The notes beneath the pieces are model-generated. The model searched no databases and was not told where the DNA came from. It saw nothing but the letters and a program-made list of their open reading frames with translations. This document shows positions 46,380 through 59,434 of a stretch of DNA of 64,000 nt, one piece after another; positions within the stretch are counted from its first letter, which is position 1; each line of letters starts with the position of its first letter. Both the position numbers and the translations under genes were made by a program. Origin of the DNA: Chiloscyllium plagiosum (Eukaryota); contig NC_057749.1 in the NCBI RefSeq assembly GCF_004010195.1, positions 11,038,841 through 11,102,840 on the forward strand. The letters are read 5' to 3'.

Positions 46380-48990
46380 AGTTGGGAGAGCCACCCGATA
46401 AACTTGTCAAGCAACAGCATGGCATAGCCATATTCATGGAAACATACCCTACAGGCACCACAGTGTTTTGCCCCACTAGCAAGCCAAGCTTACCAGAATT
46501 GGTGGAACAGTGTTATCCATTCATGAGGTAGTTGCATTGGGAATCCTCAACATTGACTCCAGACCTCATGAAGTCTAGAAACCTCCTGCTGATTTCACAC
46601 TTATAGTACCCATACAATTGTAATCCTCCGCGTTGAATACTAATTGTAAGAAACACAAAGGGTGGCAATGAAAGGGAATAAAGTCCCCAGCCAGGGTACA
46701 ATGTCTATCAGTAGTGAGGTTTCAGCAGCACCACTATTGGCTAAACTGTTCAAGTCCTAAAGGATACAGGCTGCTCGACTGGATCTTTAGCAGCTGGAGA
46801 AGGAACCAACAAGAGGGAGAAACGTACATGATGTGTCCTCACAAATCTAACTGTCAGAGAAGCATCTGTCCGTGACAATATCGGCAGGTCTGAACACCAA
46901 ACAGTTCTTGTAGAGACAAATTCCATTCTTCACATTGAGGATATCTTCAGTGTCATGTGGTACTGTCATCATGCTAAATGCAATGGGTTTTGCTCTAGCA
47001 ACTCAAAACGGAGCAACCACGAGGCACTATGGGCCATCAGCAGCAGCAGCAGAATTGCATCTCAATCATAATCTGCAATTGCAGGGCCCACTACCATTTC
47101 CATTCTAATGTTACAAACAAGCCAGGTGGAATGACTCTGGTTCAATGAAGAGTGCAAGAAGTAGCAGCACTAAAAGCAACACCGGATTACTTATAGAGTG
47201 ATAGAGTCATACAGTATGGAAACAGACCCTTCAAAACGCTAGACTGGGCAAGCGATTCTGTAACAACAGATTATATATAAGGTTTGTAGCCTTGCTGCAA
47301 AATTTTATGAATGGTGGCGGACAATTAAACAACAAACTGGAAAAGAAGACACAACAAATATCTCCATCCTGGAAGATGAGGAGCCCAAAACTTCAATAAG
47401 AAGACAAGGCTGAAACATACGCATCCATCGTCAGTCAGATGTGCCAAAGGGATGATCCAGATCAGCCTCTATTGAGGTCCCGATCATCACAGAAACCAGA
47501 TTTCAGTCAATTTAATTCACTCCATATAATATCAGAAAGGGCATGAAGGCACTGGACAAAGGCAAGGCAACTGACTCTCACAACAATCCTACGACTGTAC
47601 TGAAGACTTGATTCCAAAACTAACCATGCCCATGTCAAGCTGTTCCATTACAGAAACAACATTGACATCTACCCAAAAACATGGAAATTTGTTGGGGTGA
47701 GTCCTGTTCACAAAAAGAGGGACAAATCCAAATCAGCCAATTGTCATCCGATCAGTCTACCCTCCATCATCAGCAAAGTGATGGAAGTGCCAATTGGTGA
47801 TGCTCAGTTTGGTTTCTTCTCAGGGCCATGTAGCTTCTGATCTCATTCCAGCCTTGGGCCAAACATTGAAAAAAGAGCAGTACATCAGATATGAAATGAG
47901 AGTGACTGCCCTCAACAAGGCAGCATTAGACTGAGTGAAGTATCAAGGAGCCCTAACAGAACTGGAATTAATGAGAATCCAAGGAAAAGCTCTGCACTTG
48001 CACAAGAATCATGCCTAGAATAAAGTAAGCTAGGCAATCATCTCAGTCTCAGGACATCTCTACAGGAGCTTCTCAGGGGGAGTGAGCTAGGCCCATCTAC
48101 TTTCAGCTGCTTCATCAATGACCTTCCAACATCATAACGTCAGAAGTGGAGATGTTTGCTGATGACTGCACAATATTCAACATCATTTGTGACTCGGAGA
48201 AAATGAGGACTGCAGAAGCTGGAGATCAGAGTTGAAGAGTATGCTGCTGGAAAAGCACAGGCGGTCACGCAGCATCCAATGAACGGGAGAATCGATATTT
48301 CGAGCATAAGCCCATCATCAGGAATTTCATGCTCCCTGACTGGCTGTGCTTTTCCAGCATGAAGGGCTTATGCTTGTCGATTCTCCTGCTCCTTGGATGC
48401 TGCCTGACCTGCTGTGCTTTTCCAACACCACACTCTTCAACCATTCATGACTCCTCAAACACTCAAGCAGACAATTCTCAAATACAACAGAACTGAACAA
48501 TATCAAAGTCTGGACTGACAAACGACAAATACCTTGCATGGCACACAAGGGCCAAGCAATGATCACTGTTTTGCTGGAAAACACAACATCTGCAGTCCTC
48601 ACTTTCCCCAAGCAATGATCACCTTTAACAAGAGAGCATCTAATCATTGCCCCTTGACATTCAACAACAACGGAATCCCCCATCAAAATTCTCATGATTA
48701 CTATTGCCCAGACACTGAAGTGGAAAAAAACACAAATACTGTAGCTACAAGAGCAGGTCAGAAGCTAGGAATTCTGCAGTGTGAGACTCAACTCCTGCCT
48801 CCCAAAGCCTGTATGCCACTGTCAAGGCATAAAGCAGGACTGAAATGGAATACTCTCCATTTTTATGAACAAATGAAGATCTAACAATACTCAAGGAGTT
48901 TGAAATAATTCAGAGCAAAGCAGCTTGCTTGATTGACACCTAATGCACCACAACGAGCGTCCCCTTCATCAATAGTGAACAGTTTCAGAG
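46380..48990 (+). mobile_element. Decayed LINE ORF2 of the second lineage, with small nested insertions
   Basis: APE and RT remnants (PISLPSIISKVME, FADD-like gtttgctgatgac at ~48155). Homologous to the reverse complement of 59430-61830. Confidence 0.7.
48196..48441. mobile_element. Fold-back PLE derivative with hammerhead variant at 48292-48323 (-)
   Basis: Inverted gctggaaaagcacag / ctgtgcttttcca arms. Motif reads CUGAUGA-U-GGGC(uuau)GCUC-GAAAU-AUC. Confidence 0.72.
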
Positions 48991-49925
48991 TCACTGAACA
49001 AAGTTGGGACTGAGGATGTTTGCCATGCTGTTGGGAAAGTTTTTAACTAATTCTACAAGAGTATGGGAATGGGGATACAATATTGACAAATGATACTGCA
49101 CCAGGATGCTAAGAGAGACAAATGTCATTAAAATTGAGAATAGTAATTGGCAACCCCACACCGCTTGTGAAAAGCATAAAAGATGGTGGGAGTTTTTCGT
49201 GCATTTGTCACCCAATTATAAGATTCCACCATTTGTTTCTCTCTCCACAGATACCATCTGGTTCATTAATGTCCTTTAGGGGAGGAAACTGTCTCCTTAC
49301 CTGGTCTGGCCTCCATGTGACTTCACACCAATAACAATGTGGTTAACTCTTAACTGCCTTCTGGGCAATTAGGGATGAGGAATAAATGTTGGCCTCGCCA
49401 GCGATGCCCACATCGCATGCATGAATGAAAAAATTAATAGGCAGAGTCAGGTGATGGGAGAAAGTAATAAAGTCTAAATCAGGGTTGCATTTCATGTATG
49501 TGAATGCAGGGAGAACAGTTAATAAAACTGGGGAGTTCCAGGCACAGATTACAATTATGGTTGCAGGAACAGAGACTCAGCTGAAGAAAGGACTGGTTTG
49601 CATATTAAATATTCCTGATTATAAGGTGCTCAAAAAAGATAAGAAAGGGGAAAAAGATGGGTTGACATTGTAGGTTAAGGACAGCAACTGGAGAAAGAAG
49701 ATGCTTCACAGTGTGCAAGGACAGAATCAATTTGGCAAGAACAAAGGAATAAAAAGTGTACAATTACATTGCCTGTGTAATCAATAGATCACCAATTAGT
49801 GGAAAGGTGGAGGGAACAAGTGTTCAATGAAGTTACAGAAAGCTGTAAGCATCATAAAGTATTCATAATAGGGGACATTAATACCCACATATAGAGTGGG
49901 ATAGTGGTGATATAAGGGGCAGTGA

Positions 49926-50289
49926 GCAGTAAGTGTTCCTAGATTGTGTACAGGAGAACTTCCTATAACAATTTGTGTCATATTAAACAAGAAGGGAGGC
50001 ACTGCTAGACCTGGTTCTTGGGGATAAGGGTCACCAAGTAGGATAAGTCACAAGATGGGAAAACATTTGGGAGTTTTTGCCTATTGAATTTGGCTCTCTT
50101 CTACTTGATTAGGAGCTATGCCATTTTATAATGATCTCTAACTCCCAAATGTTTTCCCATCTTGTGACTTATCCTACTTGGTGACCCTTATCCCCAAGAA
50201 CCAGGTCTAGCAGTGCCTCCCTTCTTGTTTAATATGACACAAATTGCTATAGGAAGTTCTCCTGTACACAATCTAGGAACACTTACTGC
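49926..50289. repeat. Inverted duplication: 150-bp arms with a 64-bp spacer, inside an old CR1 (~49440-51235)
   Basis: 49926-50075 is the reverse complement of 50140-50289, with one mismatch seen. Confidence 0.95.
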
Positions 50290-51494
50290 AGGATAGACTG
50301 GAACCAAGGGTATCAGGAAAACAATATCTGAGCAATGCTACCTTCAAAGAAAAGATGGTCCGGGCAAACTCAAGGTGTATTCCTGCAAAACAGAAAAGGT
50401 AGGATAAACTAATTCTGAACTTGCTGCATGAAAAAAAGAGTACAGAAAATAATTATGGAAAATCGGTGCTAATGGCAGATGTCAGATTGTAAATACTTTT
50501 GAGAACTAAGTTAAATACAGAAGGTTGAAAAGGAGTATGTGAGAAGCAAAGATAGATTATGAAAAAATAGCAGCAAATGTAAAAGGAAATCACAAAGTAT
50601 TCTATGAGCATATAAACAATAAAAAGAGTGGTAAAAGGAAAAGTGGGCTGAACAGGAAGTAACAGGGGGATTTACAAATGGAAAGCAAGAAGCCATGGCT
50701 GGGGTGTTAAGTTAATATTTTGCATCTGCTGTTATCTACAAAGTAGATGCTGCCCAGGGCATGGTGACAGAGGACAACACTCAATCACTAGAAGACTTTA
50801 AAATTTATAAGGAGGTAGTTTCCATAAGTTCTGACAAGATTACAGTGCTTGTCCACAAATCCCTGAAAGTGACGATACAGGTCATTAGGAGAGTTAAGAA
50901 GGCATACTAGATGCTTGCGCTTATCAGTCAAGTTATAGAATTGAAGAGCAGGGAGATTTTGATGGAGCTACTCTGTCGGAAGGATGTGATTGCACTGGGT
51001 GGGTGCACAGGAGATTTGCAAGGATGTTACCAGGGATGGATTAAGGTTAGAATTTCAGCTAAGAAGAGGGGTTGGATAAGCTTGAGTTATTTTCTTTGGA
51101 GCTGAGAAAGGTTAGGTGGTCCTGATTGAGGTGTATAAAATTTTGAGAGGAATCAACAGGGTGAATAGAAAGCAGCTGTTTCTCTAAATCAAAGGGTGGA
51201 ATAACAAGAGGGGGACATACTTTTAAAGCGAAGTGAATCTCTTCATATTCTGTATTATCATGGTAATGATCCATGTAGAGACAAATAAAATTGTGAGCGC
51301 AAAAAACAAAAAGATTTAAAAATAAATAGCTGGGTTCAGGTCTCATTAGAGATTGCACATAAATTGATTAATGGGAAACATGGGTGATTCATGGTGGTGA
51401 ATAATAGATGAAAATTATCACAGGTAATTTTGGTAGAGAAAATAAATCTGTTCAGGTGTAAGAGCACTTCTGGATGTAAAAAAGAGCTAGGTTC

Positions 51495-52660
51495 AGGGGT
51501 CTGTGGCAGAGTTGTAGTGTGATTTTGAGCCAGACGGCCTGGACTAAAGTTGCACATGTTCCAGAGGTGTGCCTTAACATCCCTGAAGAAGTTGATTTAA
51601 GAAAAAAAAGTGCTGTGTTCTCTGACCCAACAGGCTTTGCATGTAAATTGATAATTTAGTAGTAACACAGATGATTTGACTTTGCGACAAGGATAAAGGG
51701 AAAACACAATACAGGTGACTTGGTGTAGGGAAAAAAAGAACATTGAAAGCACTTTTAAATATTTTTTAAAAATCTACGTTCAAGGAGGGGTTCATGTAAC
51801 AATGGTAATGCCCATACCTCTGGCCTAGAAGATCAATGTTCAAATCCCACATGCCTAAAAGTTGTGTCATTACATATCTGAACAAGCTGATTAAAATGAT
51901 AGGCGCTTGTGGTGCCTGATTTCTAGGCTAGGGGGCTTGGGTTCAGGTACCACCTGCTCTACAGGTGTATAATAATATCTCTGAACAGGCTGATTGCAAA
52001 ATAACTAAAGGTCTTGCTGTAAATCTCATTTATAGCCACTCAAATTGTTCCCAAGAAGATGCTCCCCTTTCTTTTATCCCTTTGCTTACGCCTTTTCCAG
52101 CTTTGCAGTGGGATTCAATGCCATCACCTCTCATAAAGATTGTGGTACTGACCGGATGCAGGAAGAACTTTTCCCCTGGTTGAGGAGTCTAGAACCAGGG
52201 GTGACACTCTCAGGATGAAAGGTAGGTAATTTATGACTGAGATGAGGAAAAATATCCTCATTTCAGGTTTAGTGAACTAATAGAATTTTTTTAAAAGAGC
52301 TTGATTCTAGGGATTTTGTGGTGTGGTGGCAGTGTCCTTACCTTTGGATCAGGAGATCCAAGTTCAAGTGCCACTTGCTCCAGAGGTACATAATAACATA
52401 TTTCAATCCAGGTTTATTTAAAAAATTAAACATTAAAAGAGATGGGTTCTTGTAGGGCTTGTGTAGAGATGTGATAGTGTTCCTACCTCTGACCCAGGGG
52501 GCCAAGGTTCAAGACTCAGCTAACTCCCGAGGTATGTAAAACACGTCTGAATAGGTTAATTAGAAAATAAATCGCAACTGCTGAGTCAGAAGGTCAGGGT
52601 TCAAGTTCCACCTGCTCCAGTGGTGTCATAACACAACTGAACGGGTTAATTAAAACTATT
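51495..52660 (+). repeat. Cluster of about six diverged ~100-120-bp tRNA-like (A/B-box) repeats
   Basis: Recurring unit ...ggttcaagtcccacctgctccagaggtgtgt.ataacatctctgaacaggttgatt-A-rich. Confidence 0.75.
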
Positions 52661-52977
52661 AAGAGTTGGGTTAAAACCATAGGAAATAGGAATAGAAGGT
52701 AGTCCATTCAGCCACTCAAATCTGCTCTGTGGTTCAATAGGATCCAACATTTTTCATATCCACTTTCCTGCCCTTACCCCATAACCCTTGATTCCCTGAT
52801 TGATCTTAGTAAGTCCCTTGTACTTCCCCCTTTGTCCAATTCTATAATGTAAGTTTAGCTATCTGGTTGGGATTGTAACAGTGCAATGTTGTTTCTAGAT
52901 GGTGGTACTTAGATAAAATACCTAACTGGTTACTTGTCAAGCATACAGAAGCCTTGACAATAAAAATGCTCCATAAA

Positions 52978-53317
52978 TGAAATAGAAGTGGAGTGATTGA
53001 ACGGTGTCAGCTAAGTGGATACTATAGAATATGAGTTCCCTGAATGGGGCTGTTAAGCTGGTCTAATCAGGGAATCCTAGTTGACAGATGTAAACAGGAG
53101 TGTCAAGAAAAAAAAGAGAGAAAAAAAGGCTTCAGAGGTTCTGTTCACTCTAAGAGCTGGCTCTGAAAAAAAAAGAAAAAACAAATAAACAGGAGTGTCA
53201 ATGGTTCTGCACAATCTACGATTGGCTCTGTGCTAGTTGGGTCAGTGCCATGCATTAAGCGTACATAAATAAAGGTTTACTAGGTGACGGGACACCGGCC
53301 TATGCGGAGTTATTTCA
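52978..53317 (+). mobile_element. Probable solo LTR (340 bp)
   Basis: TGAAATA...TATTTCA terminal inverted repeat and AATAAA near 53268. Contains an internal duplication of taaacaggagtgtcaa with A-rich inserts. No clear TSD. Confidence 0.55.
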
Positions 53318-53769
53318 GGAAGCATTAGTCCCTGTTTTGGTTGTGAAACAGTTTACATATCTTCTTAACTGAAGGTCCTTTAACAGTTAGTTAGGCTTGT
53401 GTTATAGAGATTTTCAACTACTTCTGACTCCTTATCAAGTCCCCTAAACAAACCATATCTAGTCCAGTTACCTATCCAGTAGTACAGCTTAGAGCAGCAC
53501 TTCCCATCATGAAGTCTACTTTTCTCTGTCTTGGATACACATTGGCTTTCCCAACAACTTGTCATTTTTGAATTCTTCTTCAGAGATATTTAAACCATTC
53601 CAAGTGACCCACTGAAAACCTTGCAACTAGCCTTATCTTCATATCCAGGCAGAATTGCATGTAACAAATATTTAGGAATAGCCAAATGGATCAGCCCTTT
53701 GGAACTGAAAGTTACATTCTCAAAGAATGCTGGCTTCTACAGTACAAAGAAATGCTTAAAAAGGTAAGG

Positions 53770-56700
53770 GTTATCACGGCTCCCATACCAACATCACCTA
53801 GCATCAACTGCTATCTTAAAAGGTTTTTCTGAAATTTGCAGAATGTCAGATTATTAAGATCATGATTGAATTTGACAATTACACAGTAAGACAATTATGG
53901 ACTCTCAAAACATACTTAAGAAGGCAGCCCACACGTAACTTTGCTGTTTGTTTCAGTAAGTGTACAGTGAAGATAACCTGGAGTAAATTAGCTAGATTGA
54001 CTACCAGGTTTTAAAACAGACAAACATTTATTCACAAAATTATGGAATGAAACACAAAGAACAGACTATAGAATACCCACAGAACTCAGTCTATCTAGAC
54101 TTAATTATGTTGTTCTAAAAATAGACAACAGTTCCAATAAACAGAGTAAAACTGAAACAAAGGCTTACAGGTTGAAGTTAGAAGGGAAGAAGGAAAGAGA
54201 GTCCAGCAGCCTGTTTCACATGCACACATCCTGCTGTACTGAACTAAAAAACAAGAATTCAGCTTTCAGGACTGACCACTTCCCCTTTCTTTATACTAGG
54301 TTACTTCTAAAACATGAAAGCTATGGCCTAAAATCTCATATGTTTACATATAAACAAAAAAGTCTCTCAGTAAACCCTTTCATCTCTGTACCAAACCAGT
54401 CGCCTCAGAGCCCAAACTGTTTTATGACCCCGCTGAAAAAAAATCAAGGACAGCATCCTTAAGAAGGACCAGCTTTGTGACACCTCCCCCCCTTAAGAAA
54501 ATGAACCATCAATATCCAAAGATGGCTTTTTTTTTATACCCTCAAAAAAAATTGGTTAGTACTCGAAAATACACATACACACTACACTGACAAAAAAAAA
54601 AATGCAAACATGCACAACCACATTCAAATTCAGGCCATGGTATACCCCCGCCACCGAATGCCTCCATATCTCATTCGAGTCTTTACAACGCATCGGTAAT
54701 CACGTTTTTATAACCTGCCACATACACAATTGTCAAACTGAATGGCTGCAACATCAAGATCCATCTAAACAGTCTGGCATTCTTGTCCTTAAGTTTCTCC
54801 ACAAACGTCAATGGGTTATGATCAGTGTATACAAACATCTCTGATGCGTTGCTGGTAATATAGATACTGAAATATTGTAATGTCAACACCAGCTCTTTCT
54901 GAAGAGTCGAATATCTCTGTTGATGAATGTTCAACTTTCTGGAAAAATACCCATTGGATCTTCCTATCCCTTCATCATCCTCCTGCAACAGCATTGCACC
55001 AGCACCAACATCCACATCAGTGGCATCAATTGCCACATTGAAAGGCTTTGCGTAATCAGGTGTGGCTAATACTGGGGCAGTGATTAACACAGTTTTTAGG
55101 CTGTAAAATGCCTAAAACTTCTGAAACTTCTTGCTCTCTTTTAACAATTCAGTGAGTGGAGAAGCTACACTGCTAAAATTTGGCACAATCCCAGGAACAG
55201 TAGTACTGCTCTTTTTGTCGACAGTGTGGGAAATTCCCCAATTACTTTCGTTTTCGCATCCCGTGGGGCCATTTGTCCATGTCCAATAACATGGCCCAGG
55301 AAGGTGACTTGGGCTTTGGCAAATTCATTTTTAGCTAGGTTTACCACCAAGCCTGCCTTCCGAAGTCAATCGAACAAGTCCGATAAATGCTGTAAATGTT
55401 CCTTCCATGAGTGACTAAAAAATCACCAGGTCATCAACATATACCACACAGATGGGCAATCCGGCCATGACATTATTAATTATTCTCTGAAATGTGGCTA
55501 GAGCGTTTTTCATATCAAATGGCATAACTTTGAACTGATATAGTTCATCTGACATTACAAAAGCTGAAACTGCCTTTGCTGTTTCTGACAAAGGTACCTG
55601 CCAGTAGCCTCTGAGCAAGTCCAACTTAGAAATCTAAGTTGCTTGTCCCGCCTTTTCGATACAGTCTTCTAACCATGGAATTGGACATGCATCAGTCTTT
55701 GTAACAGCATTGACTTTTTGATAGTCCACACATAACCGCTGGGTACCATCTGGCTTTGGCACCATGACTATGGGTGAGCTCCAGTCACTGTAACTCACTT
55801 CGATTATGCCATCTTGGGGCATGGGTTTTATCTCCTTCTGAACCTGTGCCAACTTTAGAGGGTTATGCCTATAAGGATGTTGCTTACTCGGAACAGCATC
55901 TCCTATATCTAAATCATGCACAATTAGGTTAGTACTTCCCAGTTGATTTCCGCATATCTCCCCATGTGATAGTATTAACTCTTTTAGGTCATTTCGATTT
56001 TCTTGTGGAAGGTAACTTAATAATTTATCCCATTTTTGATAACTTCCTCATTGTCCAATTCAGAATCCTCTGAACTTGGTTCTTCCTTCTGTGCTGTAAT
56101 CATTAACACCTTCTCTTCTTGCTTTCCTTCCCTGTCAAAATATTTTTTGAGTATATTCACATGACCCACTCTGAGATTCCTTCCTAACTGGAGTCCCTAT
56201 CAAGTAGTTCACCTCACTCAATTTCCTCTCAATTTGATATGGTCCACTAAACCTTGTTTTAAAGGTTCACCTATTAGTGGAATTAACACCAATACCTTAT
56301 CCCCAGTGGCAAAATTGTGAATTTTTGATTTCTTATCCACTTTTTGTTTCGTTGTATGCTGCAATACTTTTAAATGTTGTCTAGCCAACTCCCCAGTTCT
56401 ATTTAGTCGTTCTCTAAAATTTGACACATTGTCCAAATGGGTGGTCTCTGAATTCTGACTTGTTTATTTCTCCTTAATCAACTTTACTTCATGCCCAAAC
56501 ATTAATTCCAATGGACCGAATTTGGTCGATTCATTTGGTGCATCTCTGATTGCAAAAAGCACAAGTGAAACTCCCTAATCCCAATCATCCGGATAGTCCT
56601 GACCATAAACCCTTAACATGGTCTTTAATGTTTAATGCCATCTTTCTTGTGCTTCCTGTGATTCTGGATGGAACGCAGTAGCTTTGAATTGTTTTATTTC

Positions 56701-58147
56701 CAAGCTATCATAGTCTCCTTGAATAGTTTGGATGTGAAGTTTGACCTGTGATCTGACTGGCTCTCTTTTAGTAGTCCGTACCTAGAAAAACATTTGAGTG
56801 ATTCTTCTCCAATCCTTTTAGCTGTGATATTGCATAATGGGACTGCCTCGACAAGTCTAGTCGATACATCCATTATTGTTAATAAATACTTATTCACACT
56901 TTTTTGTTTGAGGTAGGGGGCCTACACAATCAATCAAGACTCTTGTGAAAGGTTCCTCAAATGCTGGAATAGATATTAAAGGTGGTTTTATTACTGCCTG
57001 TGGGTTTTCCAATTAGCTGACACGTTGACACATCTGGCAAAATTCAACTACATCTTTGTACAGTCCAGGCCAGTAAAAATGTCTTTGCATTTTAGTCTGT
57101 GCTTTCCTCACCCCAAAATGACCTCAAGTGGTTGCTCATGCGTCACTCGCAGCATCTCCTTTCCATACCCTACAGGCAAAACAATCTGATGAACATCTAC
57201 CCATTTCTCATCTGCTTAAATATGTGATGGTCTCCAATTCCTCATTAAGACATCATTTGATAAATAATAACACAGAGGGATGCATTCACTCTCCTCTTCT
57301 GTATATGCCTTTTGATTCAACTGCTTTAAGTTCTCATCTTTCTGCTGTAACTTAATAAGCTTAGCAGAGCTAAAGATACCTGCATGCTTACCTATTTGCT
57401 CCTATTTTGTCTCACTTATCTAATCAAAAAAAAGTATTTGATAATGCTATTTCAGCTTCCTTACCTGTGCCTTTTGACCTCTCCTGCTTCAGCTTGTGAC
57501 TCTGTGATCTCATTACTACACAATCAGGGAAGATTCCCAAATAAGACTCCTGTAGTGCTTCAGATGGTTGAGTCTCCACTGGCTTTTCAACTAGAGTAGG
57601 CAGCACGCCTATCAGTGTGCTACATCATTTGCAAGGACAAACAGTATTCCAGGAGCTGAGAGTTTGTCCACCACTCCTACCACAAATTCTTCACTCTTTT
57701 CTGGACACTCGAGCCTCACTTTAAATAATTGAGCACTTTTTGTCTCACCATGGATTCCCGTTACCAGTACCTTTTCTGGCAATAGTCCTTCAGGAGTATA
57801 TATATCCTCAACCTTCCGCATCTCAGACTGAGAGGATTCTGTGTCTTTTAATATAACCTATTTGCCTGCTACTCCTGGCCTATGTGAATAAACTTTATGC
57901 ATGCATGTATATGTTTTTAAGCAGACCTGGCACTTCATCCTTAATCAACCTCTGATGCAGCTTTCTAGCTTCCACTGTACTTTCTGTTACCATGCCAACA
58001 AAGCTCCCAGGCTTGTCCTGTTTCCTACATCTGACTCTCTCCTAGCCCACCAACACTGTGATTTCATGTGGTTCGCTTTATTACTTTGAAAACACCGGAG
58101 CTTTTTACCTTCTTTGTCCCCTTCAAGGGTTTCCTATTTAGTGAGTT
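53770..58147 (-). mobile_element. Decayed Ty3/Gypsy LTR retrotransposon of Gmr1-like type (gag-PR-IN-RT-RH, PPT, 3' LTR ~53770-54482)
   Basis: On the minus strand: zinc-knuckle remnant ~58050-58100; integrase HHCC/core ~56200-57150; RT (WSSPIVMVPKPDG, GYWQVPL, YVDD) 55165-55921; RNase H 54683-55090; PPT AAGGGGGGGAGG at 54494-54483 followed directly by TG. Confidence 0.88.
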
Positions 58148-59343
58148 TTGAGAAGATTCGTAGCTCAGGTTGAGATTCTGGATACAGGTTTGCCCGCTGA
58201 TTTGAAAGATTCATTTTCATCACCATTTGTGCACTTTCTATTTATATGTTTGAGTTTCCTTGGGTTGGTGATGACATTTCCTGTGGTGACATCATTTCCT
58301 ATGGTGATGTCATTTCCTGTACTTTTTCTCAGGGGGTGGTAATTGGGATCCAAGTCAATGTGTTTGTTGATAGAGTTCTGTTTGGCGTGTCCTAGGATGG
58401 ATGTGTTGCCCCAGTTGAAGATGACACCTTTGGCATCACTAAACAAAACAAATTTGAGGAAACCTTCAAGACCAACAATAATACCCTTACTGGCATAAAA
58501 TTCACAACAGCGGAGGAAAACAACAACAAACTGCCATTCCTAGATGTCGCAGTAGAGCGCAACAGCCAATGAGAAACTTCAAACCAGCATCTACAGGAAA
58601 ACAACACATAAGGACCAAATATTGAACTACAGAAGCAATCATCTGAACATCCACAAACGATGCTGCATTAGAACACTATTTCAATGAGCCACCACACACT
58701 GCAGCACAGAGGGGCTATGAAAAGTAGAGGAAAATCACCTACACAGTGTATTAAAAAAGAATGGGTACCCAATGAACACAGTCTGCCAATTTCTCAGCAA
58801 CAGACCCTAACAAGCAGACAAAACACAGAAACCCTAGTCACTCTCCCCTACATCAAAGACATTTTGGAAGTGCCAGACTACTCAGACCCCTTGACCTCAC
58901 GCTAGCCCACAAAGCCACCAACACACTAAAACAGCGGCCAATGAACTTGAAAGACCCTATACAGACAACATGCAAAACTAATGTCATTTATAAAATATCT
59001 TGCAAGAACTGTAACAAACACTACATTGGACAAACAGGCAGCAAACTAGCCACCAGGATACATGAATGTTAACTAGCCACAAAACGACATGACCCACTCT
59101 CACTAGTATCCTTACATACAAATGAGGAAGGACACCACTTTGACTGGGACAACACATCCATCCTAGGACAAGCCAAACAGAGATACACATGAGAATTCCT
59201 GGGCGCATGGCATTCCAACTGGAACTCTATCAACAAACACATTGACTTGGATCCCATTTACTACCCCCTGAGAAAAAGAACAGGTAATGACATCACCAAC
59301 CCAAGGAAACTCAAACATATAAAGAGAAAGTGGGCTACACCAC
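58148..59343 (+). mobile_element. Penelope-like element (RT C-terminus and GIY-YIG) with inverted 5' arm, inserted in the Gypsy gag
   Basis: GIKFT-EEN--LPFLDV, LPYIKD and YKISCKNCNKHYIGQT motifs. 58148-58425 is an inverted terminal copy. Gag-like text appears to resume at ~59345-59430. Confidence 0.85.
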
Positions 59344-59434
59344 GTGAGGATTTCTTTTTATCCCAATTTCTATCCCTCATGGACTGAAATTGATTCTGGA
59401 AGCCAGGCTGTGTTTTATGGACCAGTTTATGGAT

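Noticed and set aside
51495..52660. CRISPR-like array or true tRNA gene cluster
   Set aside because: The context is eukaryotic, the units are long and diverged with no constant repeat/spacer period, no cas genes are present, and no full cloverleaf is evident.
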